Positions 9,611 through 20,200 of a DNA stretch of 64,000 bases are shown here, in pieces. Numbering within the stretch: the first letter of the stretch is position 1; each line of letters opens with the position of its first letter. The notes under the pieces were generated by a model that was not told where the DNA came from, made no database searches, and saw only the letters and a program-made list of their open reading frames with translations. A program made the position numbers and the translations under genes. Origin of the DNA: a virus (lineage: Duplodnaviria; Caudoviricetes); the IMG/VR virus record IMGVR_UViG_3300005326_000040, positions 32,001 to 96,000 of that record; one strand, 5' to 3'.

Positions 9611-10678
9611 ATGTTTGAGCGTTTTTTTCGTAAGGCCGCACTCGATAAGATTATTTCTAAAGCAGCAGCTTCTCTTTCCGAGATTTTAGAAGAAGAGCTT
9701 GAGAAAGCTAGACTTCATAATCAGACAGCTGGAGAAAGCAACCCTCCTGCCAAAGACAAAGAGATTCCCAATAAGCCCGTGTTTTCTAACAATCAACCCG
9801 TTCATATTGCGCTGAATACGCCTGGAACAAGTGTTACTGTTCCTACGAACCCAATTATTGGTGGAACGACTTATACAGATGAAAAGGGGCAAACAAAGTA
9901 CAAAGGAGGCAAGTACAATGTTATGATTTGGATTCGTCCAGGCAGCCTAAAGAATAGCAAAGGAGATATGCGCCCTGTGTTGACGAATTCCATTGTGGTG
10001 GTTGCGGAGGCTGGTGGGATGGGCGATTCTGAGAACACTAAAGCATATGGTAATGCAGCATTTGTTAATAACGCTCTTGCTAAAATTGATTCTCAGATGA
10101 AAGCTCGCTTTGGTGATGTATCGCTTGGTAAGTATGGTCTTGCGGCATTTTCGGGAGGAGCGGGGGCTGTTCGGCAAATTCTCAATGAAACGAGCAACAA
10201 AAAACCAGATGCAGTTATTGTTCTAGATAGTATTCATAATCTAGGAAAGGAAGTTAATCCGAAGAGTATCGAGCCGTTTGTTCAGTATGCTAAGCTGGCA
10301 GCAGAAAATCCTAATTCAGCCAAATTGTTTCTAGCTTACTCGCGAATTACGCCTTCTCGTAAAACAGACAAAGGTTATGAGAACTACGTGTCATCAAGGC
10401 AGAGCGCCGAGTATATAGCCAATCAGGTTGGTGCCAAGCAAACAAACGTCGATAAAGCTTATGGAAACATCAAGCCTTATGCTGTTCACTCCGTTGGTGG
10501 AGTTACTCTTATTGACGCCTATGACCCGGCTCGGGCAAAAGACCCTACCCGAAAGTGGGATGAAGCTAAGAAAGCTTATGTTAGTCCCCTCAAAGGCACA
10601 CTTCAGGAGCAGCATGTTGAGATAGCCAATGCTGCACCAGATATTGTTAGTGAACTCGCTATAGATTGGAACGCCTAA
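9611..10678 (+). CDS. Alpha/beta-hydrolase-like protein with N-terminal leader
   Basis: LAAFSGGAGAV nucleophile-elbow-like motif, VIVLDSIH, late His (QEQH). Confidence 0.5.
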   Translation: MFERFFRKAALDKIISKAAASLSEILEEELEKARLHNQTAGESNPPAKDKEIPNKPVFSNNQPVHIALNTPGTSVTVPTNPIIGGTTYTDEKGQTKYKGGKYNVMIWIRPGSLKNSKGDMRPVLTNSIVVVAEAGGMGDSENTKAYGNAAFVNNALAKIDSQMKARFGDVSLGKYGLAAFSGGAGAVRQILNETSNKKPDAVIVLDSIHNLGKEVNPKSIEPFVQYAKLAAENPNSAKLFLAYSRITPSRKTDKGYENYVSSRQSAEYIANQVGAKQTNVDKAYGNIKPYAVHSVGGVTLIDAYDPARAKDPTRKWDEAKKAYVSPLKGTLQEQHVEIANAAPDIVSELAIDWNA

Positions 10679-11451
10679 TGATTGTACTTAAAGATGTTGT
10701 TTTGACCTTTGTGAAAGAATGGCTTGAGGGACAGAGATCGCTTCATAAGAAGAATAGTTTTATTGTACCCATAACGAACGGAGTAGACTCTGTTGTTTGT
10801 GCATCTTTGATTGCTGATATGCGGGCAAATCAAAAGATATGTTTTGTGAATTTAGGGTTCAACCAAAAGAACGAAGAAGTTTTTAGAGCTTGGATTGAAA
10901 AAAAATATGGCGTTGATAATTTCGTGTTTTACTATCTTCCGTTAGAAGGACTAAATCATCTACGCGATGTTGGTTTATCTGAGTCTGAAGCCCGTAAATC
11001 TTTGATGTCTTCTTGGTTGGACGCTTTAGCAGGTCAACACCAAGGGTTAGTAGTTTCTCCCACTACTCGAAATGAATATCGAATGGTGAAAAGTATTTCT
11101 CGTGATTATTTTGATGTTTACCCTTTGATTGATTTGCACAGAAGTGAAGTTATAGAGTTGGGAGAGTTCATTGGTTTACCGGTTGAACTATTGAAGTCTG
11201 ATAGTAAGTTTGAAAAGGATTTTGGCGTTACTTTCGCGGAGCTTGAATGGCTTGACAGGGAGAATGAAAACACAGGCATTATTTCTTCTCCAACATTACC
11301 GACTCAATCTCGTTACTGGGGAATGTATGATGGGCGCAGAAAAGAAATTATCAGTAAAGTTTATTCTAAAAACAAGAACAATGCCCACATTGTCCTACCT
11401 GAGAAAAAAATGTGTATGATTCGTTCGGCATTACCTGGAGTTACAAGCTAG
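10678..11451 (+). CDS. NAD+ synthetase (NadE)-like protein with degenerate motifs
   Basis: VPITNGVDSVVCASL resembles SGGxDS. YPLIDLHRSEVIELGEFIGLP and FEKDFGVTFAELE resemble NadE C-terminal motifs. Confidence 0.6.
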   Translation: MIVLKDVVLTFVKEWLEGQRSLHKKNSFIVPITNGVDSVVCASLIADMRANQKICFVNLGFNQKNEEVFRAWIEKKYGVDNFVFYYLPLEGLNHLRDVGLSESEARKSLMSSWLDALAGQHQGLVVSPTTRNEYRMVKSISRDYFDVYPLIDLHRSEVIELGEFIGLPVELLKSDSKFEKDFGVTFAELEWLDRENENTGIISSPTLPTQSRYWGMYDGRRKEIISKVYSKNKNNAHIVLPEKKMCMIRSALPGVTS

Positions 11452-11462
11452 GTTGATATATA

Positions 11463-11683
11463 GTCTTTTGTCGGTGCAAACAAAACCGGCAGGAGACTGA
11501 TTTGAAATGTTCACTGAAAGAAAGAATTATAACACCCGAGGCGCAGGTTCGCGCACCCTGAAGGGGGGTGATATAGTTCAATAAAAAAAGCTTGTCTTGC
11601 TCCCCAGCGAAGCAATCTCAAACACGAATGAGCTTTGATGAGAGATTCTGTGGCAACACATCGCTGGAACGACAGACAACCAT
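11463..11683 (+). ncRNA. Candidate structured ncRNA
   Basis: ORF-free interval between a GATATATA motif and a terminator, with nested stems TTGTCT/AGACAA, CCAGCGA/TCGCTGG, AATCTC/GAGATT and a GCAA tetraloop hairpin. Confidence 0.4.
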
Positions 11684-11715
11684 AAAAAGCCCGGCCGGAA
11701 ACGGTTGGGCTTTTT
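11684..11715. terminator. Intrinsic terminator (bidirectional type)
   Basis: AAAAAGCCCGGCCG-GAAA-CGGTTGGGCTTTTT. Confidence 0.85.
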
Positions 11716-11757
11716 GCTTTCTAGGTTTAGAAGAATTGATATATAGTTGAACCAAGA

Positions 11758-12147
11758 ATGTCTCATTATATCTATGAAGTGACAAGTAAAGAACGTAAGC
11801 AATGGGCTTTCGAAGAAATTAGATGTGCTGCCATAGGTTGGTTCAGTCGTTGTAGTTTTTGGAATGAAGCTTGTAAGGATGTTGAAGGGCGCGGCTTTCA
11901 ACCGGAAACATATGAATATTATTTGGAAATTTACAAGCTTTGTATGCTTTGGGAAATGGATGAACAGATATTTCGTTATATGGATTTTGGAACAGACCGC
12001 ACAGATAACGAAGAAAAAATAGAAATAGGAGCAACAAGGAAAGAAAAAGAAGAAATAGGCATTACTGAACCACCTTCTGTAATTGAATCGCCGTATGATG
12101 GTTCTCAGCTTCGTCGGCGGTACTGGAAAAAGGTTACCGAGATTTAG
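11758..12147 (+). CDS. Hypothetical protein
   Basis: 129-aa ORF downstream of a GATATATA motif. Confidence 0.7.
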   Translation: MSHYIYEVTSKERKQWAFEEIRCAAIGWFSRCSFWNEACKDVEGRGFQPETYEYYLEIYKLCMLWEMDEQIFRYMDFGTDRTDNEEKIEIGATRKEKEEIGITEPPSVIESPYDGSQLRRRYWKKVTEI

Positions 12148-12170
12148 ATGGCATATAATTGAATCAATAT

Positions 12171-12782
12171 ATGGATGCATGTCTTTTTGGTATAACAGGC
12201 GGGATTGCAAGCGGTAAAACAACCGTATGCAAGATGTTGCAGCAAAAAGGTTTACCCATTATTAGTTTGGAAGTTCTTTTATCAAACACTATTCGTCCAG
12301 GTTCCATTTATCATAAGAAGATAATTGATCTATTGGGAGAAGATCTTTTATCTGTAAATGGCACAATTGATTTGCTAAAATTAAGTTTGCGTATGTGTGA
12401 GGCTGGTTGGATAGCTGAAAATGTTAATGATATTCTTGAGGATGGCATCGACGACAGCATAAAGAAAATTCAATTGATTTTAGCTAATACTAAAACTAGT
12501 ATTGCTGGGATTGAAGGAAAAGAAATTTTAGGCTCAAGGATATCTGCTTATATGAAAAAGGTCGTGCTCGTTACCTGTCCTGATAAAATCAGAATTGAAA
12601 GGTTGGTTGAACGAAGCAGCATGAGTCGTGTAACAGCTATAAAAGCCGTCACAAATGATTCATACTTAAATGCTTTTAGGTTTGCAGATTTTTCAATCAA
12701 CAATTCGGCGGGCATCGATGAGCTTTCGAATAATGTAGAGTGTATGTTAGAAAAACTTCTAAACAGTCTTAAACTGGTTTGA
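12171..12782 (+). CDS. coaE: Dephospho-CoA kinase (CoaE)-like protein
   Basis: GITGGIASGKTTV P-loop, LLGEDLLSVNGTID, VVLVTCPDKIRIERLVERS, ADFSINNS. Confidence 0.75.
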   Translation: MDACLFGITGGIASGKTTVCKMLQQKGLPIISLEVLLSNTIRPGSIYHKKIIDLLGEDLLSVNGTIDLLKLSLRMCEAGWIAENVNDILEDGIDDSIKKIQLILANTKTSIAGIEGKEILGSRISAYMKKVVLVTCPDKIRIERLVERSSMSRVTAIKAVTNDSYLNAFRFADFSINNSAGIDELSNNVECMLEKLLNSLKLV

Positions 12783-12848
12783 GAAACGATATATAAACCG
12801 ATAACAACCAACTAGGCGTTAACATTCAGAAAAAAGGTAAGAACAAAA

Positions 12849-13127
12849 ATGGTACGAAAAGCTGTTAGAACGGATATCAAGGAATTGGTTTTTAGTCGTC
12901 TGGATGCAATCCTGGCAAAGCCCAGGACCAGCGCACATTCACCTCTAGCCTTGGTTGAGGTTGTGTACGCTCTTCTGTTCTGCGTATATGAAGACCGCAG
13001 ATACGAGCGTTATATGAACGAAGAGTATCCGGGCGCCAAGGCTTGGTATTTTGATGAGAGTCTTGACTTCCAGATTGTGACAACGCGGCTACAGAAGTTG
13101 GTAACCAGATTAGCTGAAGAAGACTAA
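12849..13127 (+). CDS. Hypothetical protein
   Basis: 92-aa ORF. Confidence 0.65.
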   Translation: MVRKAVRTDIKELVFSRLDAILAKPRTSAHSPLALVEVVYALLFCVYEDRRYERYMNEEYPGAKAWYFDESLDFQIVTTRLQKLVTRLAEED

Positions 13128-13145
13128 AAAGTATTTAAGGTAATT

Positions 13146-13688
13146 ATGCCGGAAAAAAAGAAAAAAGCTGCTTCAACATCGAAGATAAAGAATTGGGAAA
13201 TTAAATTTCCGGTTCCGTTGGTTCTTGATTCTACAATCAGTGACGAATCACTTATTGCTGAGTTAGCGGCTGTGGAAACTGAAACTGAAATTAACAACGT
13301 TTTCAATAACGCAATTGAATTAGCCAAAGACGGTCACGTTGTTACTTGTTCGAAGCCTCGGCTTTTCAAACTCATTGAAGCCGCGCTCGAAGAAGCCGTT
13401 AATGAACCTGGGCTTCTCATCGAAATTCAAGAATGGGAAGATATGTTTCTTATTCTTGTAAAGGATGAGAAAGAGAATGTCATTGGCAGAGGTCAAATTA
13501 CTGAGGTTGGTCAAAAAGTTGACCCCGAAGTTTTCAAGAAAAAGTTTACACAAAATCTTGTTGATTTCAAAAAACGGTTTGATTTTGGTCAACAAAGAAT
13601 GACTAATTTGACATATAAGCTAAAGACGCTCCGAAATGGTATGTTTAATAACATGGCCAGCAAAGGAACACCAGAAATTGTAAATTAA
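13146..13688 (+). CDS. Hypothetical protein
   Basis: 180-aa ORF. Confidence 0.75.
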   Translation: MPEKKKKAASTSKIKNWEIKFPVPLVLDSTISDESLIAELAAVETETEINNVFNNAIELAKDGHVVTCSKPRLFKLIEAALEEAVNEPGLLIEIQEWEDMFLILVKDEKENVIGRGQITEVGQKVDPEVFKKKFTQNLVDFKKRFDFGQQRMTNLTYKLKTLRNGMFNNMASKGTPEIVN

Positions 13689-13694
13689 GGACGA

Positions 13695-14150
13695 ATGTCA
13701 TTAGATAAAGAGCTTGCCTCAGATTTTCCTACAGCTGAAGATGATACTTTCAAGGCGGCGTTAGACTCCGTATCTTCAGTCACTTCTGCTATTCTCCAAA
13801 AAAATAATGATTCGTCGCCTGTGGACGATTTCGACGATTGTGACCAAGCACAAATCACTGATTTGTTTTGCAAATGTCTAGCCGATTACCGACGTGTAAT
13901 CAAGGCGTGCATTCGTGACGGCATTGAAGTCGAAAATGATACCCAGGAAATCAAGGAAGAATATGTTACATCCTCCAGTTTTCAAAAAAGGCTAGAAATT
14001 ATTGCGAGTATTCAGGAACAAATCATTTCCATGGCGGAAGCTTGTGATAATCCCCCTCGCGGAGTTGTTAGCAAATATTCAGAAGATCTTGTGTCCCGCA
14101 TTGAAAATGGAATCATTATTGATGATGGATTTGAAGTGTACGACGAATAG
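13695..14150 (+). CDS. Acidic hypothetical protein
   Basis: 151-aa ORF. Confidence 0.75.
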   Translation: MSLDKELASDFPTAEDDTFKAALDSVSSVTSAILQKNNDSSPVDDFDDCDQAQITDLFCKCLADYRRVIKACIRDGIEVENDTQEIKEEYVTSSSFQKRLEIIASIQEQIISMAEACDNPPRGVVSKYSEDLVSRIENGIIIDDGFEVYDE

Positions 14151-14221
14151 TGTACACAAGCTAATAATCCAGCATTCCATTAGAATTTTCGCAACCTAAT
14201 ACAGTTAAACACAAAGGCTAT

Positions 14222-17200
14222 ATGGAATTCAACAAATCGGTTGAAAATATTCTTACCGTCGCTCGTTCATACTCAACCCTAGTAAAAATTGCTTCCGAAC
14301 AAAGTCGGCAGGTTTTTAGTGTTGTTGATTCTATTTTGGATATTCCATATGACGCAGCTGCCAGGATTCATTCTAGACTTAGTTCCTTCGCACAATATGG
14401 CGGCGGGAATCGTTTGTATGGTATTTTGGATACGGTCCCTCCTACAGGCGCAGAGCTTCTTCCTATGGAAGACCAGCCTTTCACGGTTATAGATTCTTTC
14501 GCTAAGAAACATCCAATTACACATGAAGAGGGTGATGACCGCTTCAAGCTAGTGCTATATGACGATGGGATTCAATATCCTATGGTTTTGGTTAGTTCCA
14601 GTGAAGGAACCGAGATTCGATATCTTGACACTTCGTTCTTTGATCTTGAAGACTTTTATGAGAAAACAAAGAAGAAAGCAGAAGAAGATTTACCAGCAGC
14701 AATAGCCCAAATCAATAGGGAGCGAAAAGAAAGAAATGAAGATCCTGATAGGCCGAAGAATCAGCCTCCAGAGATGCCTATTACTACAGATGAAGAAAAA
14801 CAAGAAGTATTCGATGAAGTACATGCCGCTTTAATTTCGGACAAAGTTGTTGGAAACATGTCTTCAGATTTTGATGCGCCCAATGGTTCGCTTGGACAAG
14901 TGAGCGCAGAGGCTGTCGGCAAACTTCGTGCCGTCATGCCTGAAGGCGAATCAAATGTTACCAAGATTGATTATGCTAGATATTTTAAGTATCCAGAAGA
15001 CGCTAACGTTTTCGCTCAGATTATGGCTATCAAAGACGTAACGAAGCGTCTTGCTGAGGCGGAACAATTCCTACAGAAAGTAGGAATGGTGGAAACAGAA
15101 GAAGAATTGACACTTGCTCCAGCTTGGAAGTTTGTAGAGCTTTACAACATCATCAATCCAAATTCTCCGTATTATTGGTTGGAGCGCGCTCGGTCATATG
15201 CAGAACGCGCAACAAAAGTTTGCACCCTTTACAATAAGATTTATACGTCTCTTATAGTCAATCCGCTTCGTGTTAAATTGGTTGACGCACAAAAAGTGGA
15301 CGGCAAAATTGTAAGCGCAAATGTTCTTATTAGCGACGAAAAACTTGCTTTAATCGAACGCGCTTTGCCCTCAGCTGAGGAAGACCTTGAAACCAAGATG
15401 TTTACGTATGTTCCAGATACGGAGCATAGCTATACATCTACTGTTGAATCCCCAATTCTTGCCAAAGAAGTTCGTAAGCTGAAGTCTTCTATTTACTTTA
15501 CAAAAGCTATGTTAAGTGAAGTTCACTCTGAAAAACCAGATAAATATGCTATTGCAAAGGTTGAAGGCGGCTGGAAGATTAATTCTGATATGACTCAATA
15601 TATTGAGCACATTTTCACCTATGCAGACGTAGATTTTAATTTGACGTTTGAAGCAATTGTAAAGGATCAAGGAGATTCTTTTTGGAAGATGTTTGATGAG
15701 TATGTAACAACATATGAATCTCTTATGAACGACGCTATTGCTGATGGCGTTAAGGTAAACGTCACAAATCGTGATAAGCTTTACACCAAACGCGGCCACG
15801 AACAATTAGATAAAGAAAAAGCCGCTTATGATCAGTTTGGCCGCCTGCTACAAAAGCAACATATAGTAAGAAGAGATGATAAAGCTTGGGATTTTCCATC
15901 AAATGATGAAGTTAATCCTGAAATTGTTTTGGATAGCAATGAAATCCAAAGTGAAATTGAGCCTGCACAAACTAGTCAAAAAGTAAAGCTTCTTTCCAGA
16001 GCGCTTTTAGAAAAGATTTTTATTGGGTTTGGCGACTCTGATGAATCTCGAAAAAGCTTGGAGGATATTGGGGAAGCCATTGATAACGCAAAGGTTTTTT
16101 CTTCTGACGTTAGTATGGATATAACGGTTGGAAAGCTTAACGTTGTTACCAAGAACATGCACAAGATTCTTCGGGAATATTCTGTCAATCGTTTGCGTGA
16201 AATTTTTATTGACCCAGAAGCTAACAAAGATGAAGTTGAGCGAATCAGTGCTATTACCGAATCTGGCAAAGATATGGCTGGTTTCTTCCTAGGGAAAGAC
16301 ACAGTCAAAAACGTTCTTGCGCTTGAAAGCAAAGTTGATTCTCTGGAAAATAAAAAGCAAGAGATTGAAACATATGACCCGGAAGCTCAGCAGCAGGAAA
16401 ATCAAGAAAAACTTGTAAAGGTTCAAGGGGAAATAGCTAAGTTAGACGCTGAGCTTGAGGCTGACAGTAAAGCTCATATGCTGTCTAATGAAGAAAAGAT
16501 GGCGATTAAAAAGAGGACTCAGTATTTGAAGAGCGTGGTGAAAAAACTAAACTCTGCACCAAGTCTTCCTACAATAAAGGATGTTGAAAATCAGCTTGTT
16601 TCTGCCCAGAAGAAGCTGGATGATTATTTGAGCGCTGTTGAAGCAGAGATTCCAAGTAAAATTGCAACGCATGTTTACTTCCAATTGAAAGAAAAGGTAA
16701 TGGAGTTGGGTTACCTTACTACATGGAGTGATACTGTTCGGCGTGAAACTAGACAGAAGATTGTTGAGGCTATTTCTGAGATTTTTGCAAAACAACCGGA
16801 GCTAGCAAAACAAATCGTTAGAGAATGTTTGGACAACAAAACTCACGGATATAAGTTCAGCGAAGCTAAGGTTAATAAGTTTTTCATTGAGCCGCTGAAA
16901 GCAAAATATCCAAACTTGAAGAAAGCTTGGAGCGGACAAATCAGCGAAGAAGACCAAGAACTGTATCGTCAGAACCAAGAGGTTTTAGGTAAGATTATAT
17001 TCATGACTGATGTTTCTGGACAAGAAGATACTGATGACACAGATGATCTTGGTAACGCTTTGTCTCCTGCCCAGCTTACAGAAGAAATGACGCAAGAATT
17101 GGTTGCAAATACAGCCCAAAATCTTCATGCGTTCGATTCTATTCTCATCAATTACATTAGATATTTCGCTAAGGGCCAGAAATATAATCAAGCCATTACA

Positions 17201-20200
17201 ACGCTTCATAACTCTAAAGCAAACTTCCGTAACCCACAAGAGTTTTTGGAGCAATATGAAGCTATAACTGAAAACTTCGTTATTTATGTAGCCAGCGCCA
17301 TTGAAAGAAACTTACGGCAGTCTACTGAGTTCAATGAGCGAATCAAGGAACAGTCGCCAAGAATTTGGGCTTACATGTATCCTGATAAGCAGGCGCAAGA
17401 AGAAGAGCCAGAACTTCCAGACGAGATGAAGGAAATGTATCTTGTCGAAAAAGAAAACAATCAAAAGAAAGTCTGGTCTTATATTCGAACCCGAATTGAA
17501 GAGCTTGTAGCTATCTACAATCAAACACTTGAAGGCTACGATGATGAAGATTTTACTTCTGCTAATCCAGCAAGAGATTTGGTTAAAAGGCTTTCAGTAC
17601 TAAAAGTCAGGCCAAAAGCTATTCGTAGTATCGTATCCAAGCTTCGTAATAACCAGCGTTTACCAGAGTCTAAGGTTATCGATGTAATTTCAGAAGCGCT
17701 GTCTTCTCAAAATGCTCAACCTGAAGTTGAAAGTAATTTAGAGCTTTCTCGAAACATTTTCACCGCCATGGTGGAAACTAGGTCTATGCTTGCGGACAGT
17801 AGCGGCAGGTATAGCTTAACAATTACGGATAACGATATCATCAATCCTGATGCACCAGCAAATTTCGCAGCAGATAAGGTTCTAAAAGGAACAGGCACAA
17901 CAGAAGGTATGTTGCTTAATATCCTTGAGCCAATTACAGCTGTTGACCCAGAGTTACTAAAACGCACTGTTCATACAATAGGTCGCGCTAGAACTATCAG
18001 CCGACCAATGGATAATACTCAGGAAAAACTTATCAACTCTATCATCGAGGAATTTGTCAAGTTTGATAAGCAGCTGTCAAATTATAGAAGCGCGGCTATC
18101 TATAAGCTTTACAAAGAACGAGAGGACGTAGAAGCACAAAAAGGACAGCATGTCTTTACCCCTGAAGAGATAAAGGGGGAAGTGTTGAAGATGATAGCAG
18201 ACAATGGTTCAACTTCTATTCTGTCTTCGCTTTTGCCGAATGCTGGAAGCAACTCTTTGAAAGATATTATGGCAGCGTATGCTGGAGAAAGATTGGATTT
18301 AATTAGCCGATTTGAAGAGCATGCTAACTTCATGTTCTCTAAGAGGAAGCGTGAGATTAAAGACGAAGAAGGAAACGTTGTTTCAGTAGAAGACGTTGAG
18401 CCTACTTTCCCTCTTACAGATAGATTTGCATTGGTGCCTACAGAAGGTATCATCGATAAGATTTATCAAGTAATCCCTGATAAAGAAGGGTTAATTGAAA
18501 ACGGCATGACGGATATTCAAATTAAGAAGATGATCAAGCGTAAACTTGAACTCCTTAACTTGAGTAACCGGTTGATTGAGCGAGATGAATCTGGGAAGTA
18601 TAAGGATACTGAGTATACCACTCCTCCCAAATATTCCAATCCTGGGCTTAAAGACCCACAGTATTTCGAGCATATTTCTAGACCATATATGATTAAGCAG
18701 AAAGAAAATATGGCTAGATTGGATACCTTGTTTGCTAGCGAAGAAAAGATTAACTGCTCAATGATGGTAAATATCTTTTACCATTTGGAAGCTAAATACA
18801 TTTGCCCAATGGGCAGGAAGCTAGCTGACAACAACGCAAACGACGAAGCTGTAGTAAACGCTGCAAATAAATTGTTTGCGCATCCGTCAGTTCGTGTGTA
18901 CCAAAAATCAATTGGCGAAAGTGCGTTACAAGCGTATATCGTCAAGAGACTTGAGGCAATTAGAAATGGCGAAAGTCATTCAACCGAATTTGTTGTTAAT
19001 AACATTACGTTGGTTGACGCCGTTGTTGATTCTTCAATTCGCTTGGTAGCAAGCATTCGTGAAAACGAAAAACAAAAGCGCGCACAAAAGGGAACGCAAG
19101 ATTTCGCAGAATATGAAGCTAATGCGCGTGAGGTTGCTGATACTTCTTTTGATGACCATGACATTGATAGGGCAGAAGACGCCTTGAATGAACAGCAAAG
19201 CATCATTGAGCAGAATCAGAGAATCATGGATCAGCCCGTGGACCCAGCAGCCATAAAGGATATGGTTGTATACCTGATTAGCTCTCGCACAAATCAGAGT
19301 TTGAATTTTGCAGCCAGAAGTTTTCTTGAAGAAAAGAAGCTGCAAGATAAGGTGGAGTCTGCTAAGATTTTCAAGACTCTACCAATTGTATTCGACAATA
19401 AGGTTTCTTATATTGATGTTGAAGCTCCTCCTGACCCAACCAAACCAGACGCCAAGAAAAGGATAATTAAGGAACCAGTATATGATAGCCCTCTATATGG
19501 AACGAAGGGTAGTCCAATCGTTATTAGATTGGCTGTCAAGCAGCTTGTTGTTGGGGGCGAAGATAAAGGTACACCTAAGGGCGTTCCCCTAGAGTATTTG
19601 AACTACTTCAACAACGCAAGCAATGCTAACGTCAATTCTTGGCAGGATATTCAATCGCAACAAGAAGAAAAACCAAATGACGTTCAACAAGGGTTGCTTG
19701 AAAAATATAATCCCAAAGGAATTCAACGGCTAAAGCAGCTTTCTAATATGATTGGCCGACAAATCTGGGGAACATTAAATCGTAACGATTACTTCTATGT
19801 TCGGTTAGTTCCATTTGAATATGGAGGCAAAGTGCCTAGCCTAGAAGGACCAGACGTGCAGGATTTAGAGCAGTCTGCTCCTGATGATATCGTATTGTAT
19901 ATGAAGGCTTACGTTCAAGATGCTCTTTCAGCTTTTACCAGAAATGGTAAGGTTTATATGGATGCGGTTCTTACTGGAACGCAGCTAGCACAAGTGAAAG
20001 CTGCTTTCAAGAAAGCGGCATCGATGGAGACAATGTTCTTATCCACCGAACGAAAGAGACGCATGTTGATGGAAGTTCAACAGGAAGCTGGTCAAAAGCT
20101 AGTGCAGGAAGAAAACGAAAAGGCTGCGCTCAAAGAAGAAGACGAGAAGCTTCTACAGCAGGCACAAGAGCAATTCATTGGCTGGTATCATATGGAATTG

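Noticed and set aside
11578-12222. 214-aa minus-strand ORF
   Set aside because: Low-complexity F-rich shadow of 11758-12147 that also crosses a terminator.
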